64,000 bases of DNA. Source: an uncultured Mariniphaga sp. Its GTDB lineage: Bacteria; Bacteroidota; Bacteroidia; Bacteroidales; Prolixibacteraceae. A program made the translations under genes and the position numbers. This document shows, one piece after another, positions 18,415-28,099 of the stretch. The stretch covers positions 7,018 to 71,017 of the forward strand of contig CAYPAW010000058.1 of the NCBI GenBank assembly GCA_964408795.1. Direction: 5' to 3'. The notes under the pieces are model-generated. The model was not told the origin of the DNA, did no database searches, and saw nothing but the letters and a program-made list of their open reading frames with translations. Each line of letters opens with the position of its first letter. Within the stretch, counting starts at the first letter, position 1.

Positions 18415-18452
18415 ACTGGATAATCGGCACCTGCCGTTTATCCAGTTTTTTT
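18415..18452 (+). terminator. recA terminator candidate
   Basis: actggataa (18415-23) pairs with ttatccagt (18438-46), followed by six T (18447-52). A second hairpin, aacggcag (18402-09) with ctgccgtt (18431-38), interlocks with it. Confidence 0.6.
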
Positions 18453-18473
18453 ATATCTGTAAGTAACAAAAAA

Positions 18474-20900
18474 ATGAAGGTCATTAAATTTGGCGGAACC
18501 TCCATAGGGTCAGCCGAGAACATCAGGAAAGTAAAAGACATTATTCTTCAGCAGAATGAGAATGCCATTGTCGTGGTTTCAGCCCTGGGAGGGGTAACCG
18601 ATAAAATATTGAATGCCGCACGGATGGCTTCCATGGGAACGGGGTATTTTCATGCCGAGCTGACGGAAGTGAAAAACCGCCATTACCGGATCATCGAAGA
18701 ACTCTTCGGAACAGATGCCAATGCTGTAAACGAAAGAGTAGACAAACTCCTGAAAGAGATGGAAAAAATCCTTACCGGGGTGACCCTGGTAGGGGAACTG
18801 ACGCCGAAAACCATCGATCGGATCGTAGGCCTGGGAGAACGCATGTCGTCGCACATCATTGCACGCTATATCCCGGGGGCTGTATGGAAAAACTCAGCCG
18901 ACTACATCCGTACCGACAGCAATTTCGGGAAAGCCAATGTAAATTTTAAAGTAACCAACCAGCTGATAAAAAATGAATTCTCCGGTCTCAAAGGAATCGC
19001 AGTAACTCCGGGTTTTATTGCCGGCAACGATTCGGGTGAATACACCACCCTGGGCCGCGGAGGATCGGATTATACCGCAGCCATTTATGCAGCCGCCCTA
19101 AATGCTACTTCGCTCGACATATGGACCGATGTAGATGGATTCATGACCGCTGACCCCCGGGTGATCAGCAAAGCTTACACCATAGCAAAACTTAGCTATG
19201 CCGAAGCCATGGAACTCTCCCACTTCGGGGCCAAAGTGATCTACCCGCCAACCATCCTTCCGGTATACAAAAAAGGAATTCCCATACTGATACGAAATAC
19301 CTTTAATATGGAAGGCCAGGGAACCCTGATTACCCATAACGATCAAAATAACAAAAACCTGCCAATCAAAGGAATATCCTCGATATCAGGCATCGCACTT
19401 ATTACCGTCCAGGGAATCGGAATGGTCGGAGTTACCGGTATCTCCATGCGCCTGTTCACAGCCCTCGCTAAAGAAGATATCAATGTGATCCTGATCTCCC
19501 AGGCTTCGTCAGAAAACTCAATCAGCGTAGCCGTTGAAGAACAATCCATCGAAAAAGCGGAAATAGCCATCCGCTATGAGTTCGAAAAAGAGATAAAAAC
19601 CGAACGAATCAACAAAATTGAAATTGAAACCAGACTCTCCATCGTGGCCATAGTGGGTGAAAACATGAAGCATACCACTGGAATTGCCGGTAAACTGTTT
19701 CAAACTATCGGCCGTAACGGTATCAACATAGTAGCCATTGCTCAGGGTGCTTCGGAGTTGAACATATCTTGGGTCGTCAGAAACAGCGATCTCCGGAAAA
19801 CCCTTAATGTGGTCCATGAATCTTTCTTCCTCTCAGAAAACATCGAATTGAATGTTTTCCTCATGGGGGTTGGCACTGTTGGAAGTCATCTGCTCAACCA
19901 ACTGAAAAAACAACAGGAAAAACTGTTGAAGGAAAACCACCTGAAGATAAAATTAACCGGTGTTGCCAACACAAAAAAGATGTTCTTCTACCGTGACGGT
20001 ATTGATATTGCGCTCTTCAGAGAACGACTTGATAACTCCAACCTGATCTCAAGCCTGGAAGGATACGTAAAAGAAATGACAGAAATGAACATGTACAATT
20101 CGGTATTTGTAGATTGTACAGCATCTGAAGAGGTGGCAAAACTGTACGGAACGATCCTTGAATCCAACATTTCAGTGGTGACCGCAAACAAAGTGGCAGC
20201 TTCTTCAGAATACCTGAATTATCTTAAACTAAAAAATACAGCGAAACGAAAAGGCATCAAGTTTTTATTTGAAACCAATGTAGGAGCGGGATTACCTATC
20301 ATCAACACCCTGAATGACCTGGTTCGTTCCGGCGACCGTATTTTGAAAATTGAGGCGGTCCTTTCAGGAACCCTGAATTTCATCTTCAACACGCTTTCTC
20401 CCGAACGTACATTCAGTGATACCATACGAATGGCCAAAGAAAAAGGCTATTCAGAACCGGATCCCCGGATGGACCTCAGCGGCATCGATGTAGCCCGGAA
20501 AATACTGATCCTGATACGTGAATCAGGGTATAAAATGGAGATGCAAGACATCACCATCAACCGGTTCATCCCGGATGAATATTTCGAAGGTCCGGTGAGT
20601 GAATTTCTCAAAAACATCTCGCGTGTGGATGAGGATTTTGAAAAACGCCGGAAAGTTCTGGAAGAAAAAGGCAAAAAATGGAGGTTTGTAGCCAATTTCT
20701 GTGAGGGCAAAGCCTGGATAGGTCTCCAGGAAGTAGGCAGGGAACACCCGTTTTACGACCTGGAAGGAAGCAACAATATGGTGATGTACACAACCGAGCG
20801 CTATCAGGAGTTCCCCATGCTGATCAAAGGTTACGGAGCAGGAGCCTCCGTGACAGCCGCCGGGGTGTTTGCCGACCTGATTAAAGTATCGAATATTTAA
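18474..20900 (+). CDS. thrA: Bifunctional aspartate kinase / homoserine dehydrogenase I
   Basis: Start at MKVIKFGGTSIGS (ATG 18474). Aspartokinase N-terminus, two ACT regions, and a homoserine dehydrogenase C-terminus (VFLMGVGTVGS ... LSGTLNFIF ... GYSEPDPRMDLSG). Confidence 0.95.
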   Translation: MKVIKFGGTSIGSAENIRKVKDIILQQNENAIVVVSALGGVTDKILNAARMASMGTGYFHAELTEVKNRHYRIIEELFGTDANAVNERVDKLLKEMEKILTGVTLVGELTPKTIDRIVGLGERMSSHIIARYIPGAVWKNSADYIRTDSNFGKANVNFKVTNQLIKNEFSGLKGIAVTPGFIAGNDSGEYTTLGRGGSDYTAAIYAAALNATSLDIWTDVDGFMTADPRVISKAYTIAKLSYAEAMELSHFGAKVIYPPTILPVYKKGIPILIRNTFNMEGQGTLITHNDQNNKNLPIKGISSISGIALITVQGIGMVGVTGISMRLFTALAKEDINVILISQASSENSISVAVEEQSIEKAEIAIRYEFEKEIKTERINKIEIETRLSIVAIVGENMKHTTGIAGKLFQTIGRNGINIVAIAQGASELNISWVVRNSDLRKTLNVVHESFFLSENIELNVFLMGVGTVGSHLLNQLKKQQEKLLKENHLKIKLTGVANTKKMFFYRDGIDIALFRERLDNSNLISSLEGYVKEMTEMNMYNSVFVDCTASEEVAKLYGTILESNISVVTANKVAASSEYLNYLKLKNTAKRKGIKFLFETNVGAGLPIINTLNDLVRSGDRILKIEAVLSGTLNFIFNTLSPERTFSDTIRMAKEKGYSEPDPRMDLSGIDVARKILILIRESGYKMEMQDITINRFIPDEYFEGPVSEFLKNISRVDEDFEKRRKVLEEKGKKWRFVANFCEGKAWIGLQEVGREHPFYDLEGSNNMVMYTTERYQEFPMLIKGYGAGASVTAAGVFADLIKVSNI

Positions 20901-20960
20901 AAGAGATGAAAGAACAAACTACATTATCCTCTTATACGATGGAATGCATGTGAAACAAGC

Positions 20961-20982
20961 CCCGATCCAGATGGTTATCGGG
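20961..20982. repeat. CCCGAT-N10-ATCGGG inverted repeat
   Basis: cccgat 20961-66 and atcggg 20977-82. A second weaker tcccg/cggga pair lies at 20996-21013, all in the thrA/apgM-like spacer. Confidence 0.7.
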
Positions 20983-21043
20983 AAGGGGTGAGTTATCCCG
21001 ATATTCACCGGGAATATCATAAAAAATTAACCATTATAAAAAC

Positions 21044-22264
21044 ATGAAACATATCGTGATTCTTGGCGACGGAATGGCCGATGAGCCGTTGGCAAACTAC
21101 GGGAACCGCACTCCGCTGCAGATGGCTCACAAGCCGTATATCGACTGGCTTGCCAGGTACGGGCAAACCGGGCGTCTGATTACCGTTCCCGAAAGCATGC
21201 CCCCGGGAAGCGAAATAGCCAACCTGGCTATCCTGGGTTATGATGTGGAAAAAATTTATGAAGGCCGGGGGGTCCTTGAAGCCGCCAGCATGGGGGTGGA
21301 AATCAAAGAAAACGACCTGGCCCTGCGCTGTAACCTGATTTGCCTGGAGAATGAAAAAATAAAAAACCACTCGGCAGGACATATTTCTACCAAAGAAGCT
21401 GAAGAGATTATTTGCTTCCTAAACAAATCCCTCGGGAATGATAAAATTCAATTCCACCCCGGCGTATCTTATCGCCACCTGCTGGTAATCAAAGAGGGAT
21501 TAAAAGATCTGAACTGCACACCACCCCACGATGTCGTGGAAACACCGTTTCGTCAGGTGCTAATCCATGCATCATCAGAAGAAGCCCGTAAAACAGCCAA
21601 CCTGCTGAATTACCTGATCATCCGTTCCCGCTATCTGCTTGCTGATCATCCGGTAAACCGGAAACGCAAAGCCGAAGGTCTCGATCCGGCCAACTGCATC
21701 TGGCCCTGGTCACCCGGATACAAACCCGCCATGAAAACGTACCGCGAGATGTTCGGCATCGAACGGGCAGCCGTCATCTCAGCCGTCGACCTGATCCGGG
21801 GAATTGGCGTGTATGCCGGCATGGATGTAATTGAGGTGGAAGGGGTTACCGGACTTTACAACACCAACTACGAAGGAAAAGCCAAAGCCGCTGTGGAGGC
21901 ACTGAAAGATCATGATTTTGTATACCTCCACATCGAAGCAAGCGACGAGGCAGGCCACGAAGGAGATGTGGAACTGAAAACAAAAACCATCGAATACCTC
22001 GACCAGCGGGTCGTGAAAACCATCCTGGAAGAAACAAAAAAAATGAAGGAAGAGGTCGCCATAGCTGTATTGCCCGACCACCCTACCCCATGCGCCATTA
22101 AAACCCACACCCGCGAACCGGTGCCGTTTGTCATCTTTAAACCGGGGATCCAATCCGACAACGTAAAAATTTACGACGAGTTCAGTGTTGAAAGCGGGTC
22201 ACTCGGCCTCCTCAGGGGTAACGAATTTATGAAACGGTTTCTGGAACTTCCGGTAGACCAATAG
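21044..22264 (+). CDS. Cofactor-independent phosphoglycerate mutase family protein (archaeal apgM type), probable homoserine kinase substitute
   Basis: MKHIVILGDGMADEP N-terminus, alkaline-phosphatase-superfamily metal motifs (HIEASDEAGHEGD, LPDHPTP), and a position between thrA and thrC. Confidence 0.8.
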   Translation: MKHIVILGDGMADEPLANYGNRTPLQMAHKPYIDWLARYGQTGRLITVPESMPPGSEIANLAILGYDVEKIYEGRGVLEAASMGVEIKENDLALRCNLICLENEKIKNHSAGHISTKEAEEIICFLNKSLGNDKIQFHPGVSYRHLLVIKEGLKDLNCTPPHDVVETPFRQVLIHASSEEARKTANLLNYLIIRSRYLLADHPVNRKRKAEGLDPANCIWPWSPGYKPAMKTYREMFGIERAAVISAVDLIRGIGVYAGMDVIEVEGVTGLYNTNYEGKAKAAVEALKDHDFVYLHIEASDEAGHEGDVELKTKTIEYLDQRVVKTILEETKKMKEEVAIAVLPDHPTPCAIKTHTREPVPFVIFKPGIQSDNVKIYDEFSVESGSLGLLRGNEFMKRFLELPVDQ

Positions 22265-22436
22265 CAGAGGTGATGCAACATAGACTTTCATCCCTGATTC
22301 ACGTCCTGCGAGCTTCGGACTATATTCCAGGGTTTATCACATCCCTCAATCGATGAATGCATTATAATTTACAAAAAGGTATTTGATATCCCATACGGTA
22401 AGCTTACCGTGATTTTTCGTATTTTTGCCTTCCACT

Positions 22437-23753
22437 ATGAACTACTACAGCACCAACAAAAGAACACCTTCTGTCACCCTGAGCGATGCCGTTACCAAAG
22501 GGTTGGCTTCGGATAAAGGACTTTTCATGCCTGAACGGATGGAAAAATTTGAACCGGCCTTTTTTGAGACCATCCACCGGCTTTCCTTCCGGGAAATTGC
22601 CTATGAGGTCGCTATGAAGTTTTTCGGTGAAGACGTGGATTCATCCAGCCTCCGGGAGATCGTTTATGATACCCTTTCTTTCGACTGCCCGGTGGTGAAG
22701 GTCAGGGAAAATATCCATTCACTCGAACTGTTTCATGGGCCTACCCTGGCGTTCAAAGATGTGGGAGCCCGTTTTATGGCCCGCTTGCTGAATTATTTCT
22801 CCGGCAACAAAAAACAGCAGATCCATGTTCTGGTAGCTACCTCAGGCGATACAGGCAGTGCCGTTGCCAACGGATTCCTCGGGGTGAAAGGAATTCATGT
22901 CTGCGTACTCTTCCCCAAAGGAAAAGTCAGTACGATTCAGGAATCCCAGTTTACCACCCTGGGAAGAAACATTACCGCTCTCGAGATTGACGGTACATTC
23001 GATGATTGCCAGCATTTGGCAAAAACCGCTTTTCAGGATCAAGAACTCAATCAAAAGCTGACATTAACTTCGGCCAACTCGATCAATGTAGCGCGTTTCC
23101 TGCCGCAGGCTTTTTACTATTTTCATGCCTTTGCCCGGCTCAAAGAAAAGGGAGCCCTGGATGGCAAAAAGCTTGTGATATCGGTTCCCAGTGGGAACTT
23201 CGGAAACCTGACTGCCGGTTTGTTTGCCCGCGAAATGGGACTGCCGGTAATCCAGTTCCTCGCAGTCAATAATACCAACAACATCGTATTTGAATACCTG
23301 AAAACCGGCTTGTACAAACCACGCCCATCGGTCGAAACCCTGGCCAATGCCATGGATGTAGGTGATCCAAGTAATTTTGCCCGCATCCTTGATTTATACA
23401 AAAATTCGCATTCGAAAATTTCCGGAATACTAAAAGGATACTGGTATTCCGATGAACAGATCAGGGAAATTATTAAACGAGTGTACGATCAAACCGGCTA
23501 CCTCTGCGATCCCCATGGAGCCTGCGGATATCAGGCCCTGGAAGAATTCCTCACAGAAGGCCAGGTTGGCGTTTTCCTCGAAACAGCTCACCCGGCAAAA
23601 TTTACCGAAACCATGGAAAGCATCATCGGAAAAGGAAAAGTCCCCCTGCCCGGTAAACTGGCGGAATTCATGAAAGGAGAAAAACAAAGCTTTCCGCTGG
23701 GAAAGGATTTTAAAGAATTTAAAGAATTCCTGATGAAGCAGCAAACCAGATGA
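22437..23753 (+). CDS. thrC: Threonine synthase
   Basis: ATG at 22437 (MNYYSTNK); PLP lysine motif FHGPTLAFKDVGARF; ATSGDTGSAV. Confidence 0.95.
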   Translation: MNYYSTNKRTPSVTLSDAVTKGLASDKGLFMPERMEKFEPAFFETIHRLSFREIAYEVAMKFFGEDVDSSSLREIVYDTLSFDCPVVKVRENIHSLELFHGPTLAFKDVGARFMARLLNYFSGNKKQQIHVLVATSGDTGSAVANGFLGVKGIHVCVLFPKGKVSTIQESQFTTLGRNITALEIDGTFDDCQHLAKTAFQDQELNQKLTLTSANSINVARFLPQAFYYFHAFARLKEKGALDGKKLVISVPSGNFGNLTAGLFAREMGLPVIQFLAVNNTNNIVFEYLKTGLYKPRPSVETLANAMDVGDPSNFARILDLYKNSHSKISGILKGYWYSDEQIREIIKRVYDQTGYLCDPHGACGYQALEEFLTEGQVGVFLETAHPAKFTETMESIIGKGKVPLPGKLAEFMKGEKQSFPLGKDFKEFKEFLMKQQTR

Positions 23754-24012
23754 CCTGAGCCCCGGTCAAATACAATGCAGGAATAAAAAAAGATCCGGGA
23801 AAACTGCGGAAGGTTATCCTGTTTTCAATGGTTACGTATCCTTTTCGTGCTACCTGATTATTGGCAGCCTCACAATAATTCCCGGAGCGTACTTTCGTCC
23901 AGAGTGATTGTTTTAAGGACTAAAGAACAAAAATGTGGGGGTTTTTTTCTACATTCGGGGTTTGAACTCAACCGGTGCTATTCACAAAAATCCGTTTTAA
24001 AAGCCAACTACC

Positions 24013-24405
24013 ATGAACCTTACCAGAAGAATCCTTCTATTCATTCTACTGACTATTTTCCTTTCCTGTTCCCGGGAAATTCATTTTTTTCATCCTGAAC
24101 ACAGCCGGATCCGTTACCAGGGAAGAATGGATTTTGCCGATCCTTCGCAACCTGTGTTAATCGGTTCTGCTTCGTGTGTGGAAATAAATTTTACGGGCGA
24201 TTCCTGCATCGTATTACTCCGGAACATGAATTCTCCGGCCATGTATAATTTTGTTTCAGTGGAAATAGACGGAGCCTACCAGGGAAGGGTAAAGATTGCT
24301 GCCGATACGATGGCTGCTTATTCCTTTGTATCTGACTCAGAGAAAGCGCATCACAGGGTACGGATTTTCAAATCTACAGAAGCTTCAAACGGGACTCAAC
24401 CATAA
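24013..24405 (+). CDS. Short lipoprotein resembling only the N-terminal beta-sandwich of CE2/SGNH esterases (possible gene remnant)
   Basis: Lipobox LTIFLSCS. RYQGRMDF...SCVEINFTGDSCIVLL...VSVEIDGAYQG...HRVRIFKSTEAS resembles CE2 N-domains. The ORF stops before any GDS(L) catalytic block, and only 126 nt remain before corA. Confidence 0.45.
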   Translation: MNLTRRILLFILLTIFLSCSREIHFFHPEHSRIRYQGRMDFADPSQPVLIGSASCVEINFTGDSCIVLLRNMNSPAMYNFVSVEIDGAYQGRVKIAADTMAAYSFVSDSEKAHHRVRIFKSTEASNGTQP

Positions 24406-24531
24406 CGCATGACGATATGTTTGCTTCGTACCCTGTTTGTTTCTGATCCATAGAATGGAGAAACGAAACCCACCCTTTCTGTCCACTGTAATGACCCCAA
24501 AGGTAGATTCAAACAAGAAAAAAAAGGCATG

Positions 24532-25599
24532 TTAAAACCACTTTTTCCTCTTAAAGAACATCAACATCAGGAGAGCCAGCACCACCATTGCACCCCACAT
24601 GATAAAATAGCTGTATTTGAAATGCAATTCCGGCAGATAATCAAAATTGGTCCCATAGATCCCCGCAATAAACGTTAACGGAATAAAAATCACTGAAAAA
24701 ATTGTCAGGAATTTCATTTTATCGTTCAACCTGCTACTGGCTGTAGTATGGTAAACGTTCAGCTGATCCGTGAGCACTTCCCGGTAATTCTCCACCATTT
24801 CCGTCACATGATTGATATTGTTTTTCAATTCTGCCAGGTGGAAAAAAGTCTCGGGTGTGATGAGGTCAGAATCGGATTTCGCAAAAGCCAGGATCAGTTC
24901 CCTGGCGGGTTTCATATTCTTTGCCAGAAAACTGATCTCTTTTTTGTATCGAAAAATGGTATCCAGCACATCCCTCTCCGATCCGGTTTCCAGTTCATCC
25001 TCATCCAGGGTTTCAATGTTCTCCCCAAAATTGGAAAGCACCATGATGTAATGATCGATGACCACATCCATCAGAGCAAAGGCAAGGTAATCCGGTCCGG
25101 CTTCGACCATGCGTTTTTTCTTTTGGCGTATCCGGTTTCGTACGGCCTCAAAAAAATCGCCTTTGCGTTCCTGAAAAGAGAGCAATACCCGGGGGGTGAT
25201 AATCAGGCTCAGCTGCTCATACACAATCCCTTCCTCAGGGTGCCCCGGATTTAGCATTTTCAGTGAAACAAAAACAGCATTATCGTGTTCCTTGAAAACA
25301 GGCCGAAGACCGGTATTCATCACATCATCCAGGATAACTGTATCGATGGCAAAACCTTCGGCAATCTCCTGCATGACCTGCCGGTCATGAATTCCATCGA
25401 TATTGATCCATGTGGTTGTTTCCGTTTCCTTAAACTTCAGGATTTCCTGTACGGTATTAAACCGGTATTCCGATACGGTGTCCTGGTTGTAATCGATCAC
25501 CCGTATCATGGGCTTTTCCATCTTCTGAACTCCCCTAAAGTGAAGGGCTCCGGGAGATAATCCTATTTCTTCCTTTTTTTTACCAATAAACCGGGCCAT
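24532..25599 (-). CDS. corA: CorA-family (2-TM-GxN) divalent cation transporter with GTN instead of GMN
   Basis: Typical length, two C-terminal TM helices, and loop IAGIYGTNFDYLPE (codons ggg acc aat confirmed on the minus strand). Confidence 0.85.
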   Translation of the reverse strand: MARFIGKKKEEIGLSPGALHFRGVQKMEKPMIRVIDYNQDTVSEYRFNTVQEILKFKETETTTWINIDGIHDRQVMQEIAEGFAIDTVILDDVMNTGLRPVFKEHDNAVFVSLKMLNPGHPEEGIVYEQLSLIITPRVLLSFQERKGDFFEAVRNRIRQKKKRMVEAGPDYLAFALMDVVIDHYIMVLSNFGENIETLDEDELETGSERDVLDTIFRYKKEISFLAKNMKPARELILAFAKSDSDLITPETFFHLAELKNNINHVTEMVENYREVLTDQLNVYHTTASSRLNDKMKFLTIFSVIFIPLTFIAGIYGTNFDYLPELHFKYSYFIMWGAMVVLALLMLMFFKRKKWF

Positions 25600-25604
25600 A
25601 GTAA

Positions 25605-27134
25605 CTACTCCTTCCAGGGCACCAACGGTGATTTGTAGTAGTTTATATCCAGGGCATCAAACCGTTCTCCATGGGCAGCCAGTCTGATTTTGTATTCCTC
25701 CCAGGAGCGTTTTTCCGGAGCGGTCCAGCCTATTTCAGCATATCCCGGAAGCCTGGGAAAAATCATAAATTCCACCTCTTCCAAATTGGTTACGGTCTCA
25801 GACCAGAGGGGTGTTTCCACACCCAGAATGTTCTCCCGTTTAATGGCCGGGGAATAATTCTCAGGATCCCAGGTATATCCGTCGTCAACCTCAATATAGG
25901 CGGCCCAGGCCAGGCCAAGGACGGTGGTAGAATCGTATTTCATATCTATGTATGCCCGTTTGGCCGGTGACATGATCACCTTCGCCCCTTTTTCGATGCC
26001 CATGGCGGTGTTCTGCTCATTGGCCCAGAATTGGACAACTGCTCCTTCAACAAGCTTGGCGTTAGCAATCTCATCCCATCCAATTAGTTGCTTCCCATGC
26101 GATTTTACAATTTCCTGAACGCGTTCAACAAAAGGAATGTAATCTTCCAAAGGAGTGGAATGCGATTCGTCACCGCCCATATGGAACCAGGGACCGGGAG
26201 TCATTTCTGAAATTTCACCCACCACATCATCAATGAATTGGTAGGTTATTTCCTTGTCGATGCAGAGGGTGCTGAATCCCACGCGGGTGCCTGTATACAA
26301 TTCGGTTGCCTGGCCATCGCAATTGAGTTCGGCATAGGACGAAAGGGCTGCATTGGTATGACCGGGCATGTCAATCTCGGGAACAAGAGTGATCTGTCTG
26401 TCGGCTGCATACTGCACAATTTCCCTATACTGCTCCTGAGTATAAAAGCCTCCCGGACCACCTCCCACCTCAAGGCTTCCACCATGTTCGGTCAGGTTGG
26501 GCCACGATTTTATTTCAATCCGCCATCCCTGGTCGTCTGAAAGATGCAAATGCAAAACATTCATTTTGTACATAGCCAGGAAATCAATGAACTGTTTAAC
26601 CTCTTCCACATTAAAAAAGTGCCGGGCCACATCAAGCATGGCTCCCCGGTATTCGTAATATGGCGCGTCTTTTATCATACCGGTGGGTAGAAAGATCTCC
26701 TTTCGATCCCCATCAGACACTCCTATTGCCTGAAGCAGGGTCTGCACACCAAAAAAACACCCTGCAGGCGAGCCGGTAAGAGAAACCCGTTTTTTTCCGA
26801 TTTGCAATTCATAACTTTCATCATCCGTTCCCGGACCGGAAAGATAAATCCCCCGCCGCGGAGGATCAGCCGATAGCTTCACTTCCGGTTCGCTACCCAT
26901 GATTTTCCCAAGAGCAGAAGCCAAAAAACGGGCAGATGGTTCGCATCCTTCCTGAGCATAAATTTTCACTTTTGAGGTGATCGTAAAAACATCGCCGGTG
27001 GCTTCCACCATCACCGGTAACGGAATAAACGCAGTCTTCGTGAGATCCGTGGGCTCATGATGCGTACAGGAAACCTGCACCATAAAGCTTAGCAGGATTG
27101 CCCCTGCAAACATCGTATTCAACATCCTTTTCAT
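25605..27134 (-). CDS. Beta-N-acetylhexosaminidase (GH20)
   Basis: Start at MKRMLNTMFAGAILLSFMVQVSC (ATG 27134, lipoprotein-like); HLHLSDDQGWRIEI and WFHMGGDE catalytic-region motifs. Confidence 0.9.
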   Translation of the reverse strand: MKRMLNTMFAGAILLSFMVQVSCTHHEPTDLTKTAFIPLPVMVEATGDVFTITSKVKIYAQEGCEPSARFLASALGKIMGSEPEVKLSADPPRRGIYLSGPGTDDESYELQIGKKRVSLTGSPAGCFFGVQTLLQAIGVSDGDRKEIFLPTGMIKDAPYYEYRGAMLDVARHFFNVEEVKQFIDFLAMYKMNVLHLHLSDDQGWRIEIKSWPNLTEHGGSLEVGGGPGGFYTQEQYREIVQYAADRQITLVPEIDMPGHTNAALSSYAELNCDGQATELYTGTRVGFSTLCIDKEITYQFIDDVVGEISEMTPGPWFHMGGDESHSTPLEDYIPFVERVQEIVKSHGKQLIGWDEIANAKLVEGAVVQFWANEQNTAMGIEKGAKVIMSPAKRAYIDMKYDSTTVLGLAWAAYIEVDDGYTWDPENYSPAIKRENILGVETPLWSETVTNLEEVEFMIFPRLPGYAEIGWTAPEKRSWEEYKIRLAAHGERFDALDINYYKSPLVPWKE

Positions 27135-27397
27135 GATTGAGTTTGTTAGATTATGTATCGATAAAAATATGCAAATGGAAGACAAAAAACAAAACATTCA
27201 GAAAAACCGTATGATTTGACCTGAATTTACCCATTCCGGGGTTCAGGAGAAACCTGCCTTCAGGAGGTATTTTTACTTTTTATCCGAAAAAATCCCAGAA
27301 CATCCCGTTATAATTGAAACTCTGAATCGTCAATAACCCGGAGAATCGCTTTTGTATTCTTTAAAAAATTTTAACCTTTTTTTATAAAAAGACAAAT

Positions 27398-27405
27398 TAT
27401 TTTTG
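27398..27405 (+). promoter_or_regulatory. -7 box TATTTTTG
   Basis: Exact TAnnTTTG match, 28 nt upstream of ATG 27433. Confidence 0.4.
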
Positions 27406-27432
27406 AATGAACAATGTATAAATCAGGAAACT

Positions 27433-28071
27433 ATGAAAACATTATTTTTCATTTTTATACTTCTCGCAGGGCCTCTGTTACTGCAGGCACAGACCCAGCA
27501 GGATACTTTACCGGAACAACCGGACGAACAGATCATCGTCCATCGCGAATACGATGAAAACGGAAACCTGATCCGGTATGATTCAACGTATACATTCGAA
27601 TGGCACGGCGATACCATGATGGTTTTCCCCCATTCCCGGGATCCCTTCCTGCCTTACGGCTTATTTTCAGATCCTGACGACCTGATTCATCATTTTTTTT
27701 CCGACTCGGCACACCGTTTCTCCCCGTTCAATGATCTGTGGGAACAGGAATTCTTTCAGGAACATCTGAAGTTTTTTGAATCTTTCAAAGATCCTTTGTT
27801 TGAAGAGCGATTTTTCAATCCTTTTACCCATCATCCTGATTCGCTGTATCGTTTTTATTGGAACGACAGCACCTTTTGGCAACCCCGTATGCATTCTGGA
27901 TCTCCCTTCAACAAATTCAGGAATTTTATTGAGGAATTTCACCGCAGCTTTCCGAACAGGGAGTTGCAATTCTTCGAGAATGAGCAACAGCAGCAAGAAT
28001 GGGAAGAGATAAGAAAAAAATACCAACAAGAGATGGAGGAGTTTCATAGAAAATGGAACTCGGAGAAATGA
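27433..28071 (+). CDS. Secreted hypothetical protein, Phe/His/Trp-rich
   Basis: Signal peptide MKTLFFIFILLAGPLLLQAQ; aromatic-rich low-complexity body; I recognise no known domain. Confidence 0.55.
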   Translation: MKTLFFIFILLAGPLLLQAQTQQDTLPEQPDEQIIVHREYDENGNLIRYDSTYTFEWHGDTMMVFPHSRDPFLPYGLFSDPDDLIHHFFSDSAHRFSPFNDLWEQEFFQEHLKFFESFKDPLFEERFFNPFTHHPDSLYRFYWNDSTFWQPRMHSGSPFNKFRNFIEEFHRSFPNRELQFFENEQQQQEWEEIRKKYQQEMEEFHRKWNSEK

Positions 28072-28099
28072 AGAATCAAGAATCTTTTAATCGTTAACT

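Noticed and set aside
22395-22410. Perfect 16-nt palindrome acggtaag/cttaccgt followed by gattttt, as a terminator inside the thr operon
   Set aside because: The effective stem is only about 6 bp with a tiny loop and a short interrupted U-run. It sits 27 nt before the thrC ATG, and I cannot tell a weak attenuator from a protein site, so it is not reported as a feature.
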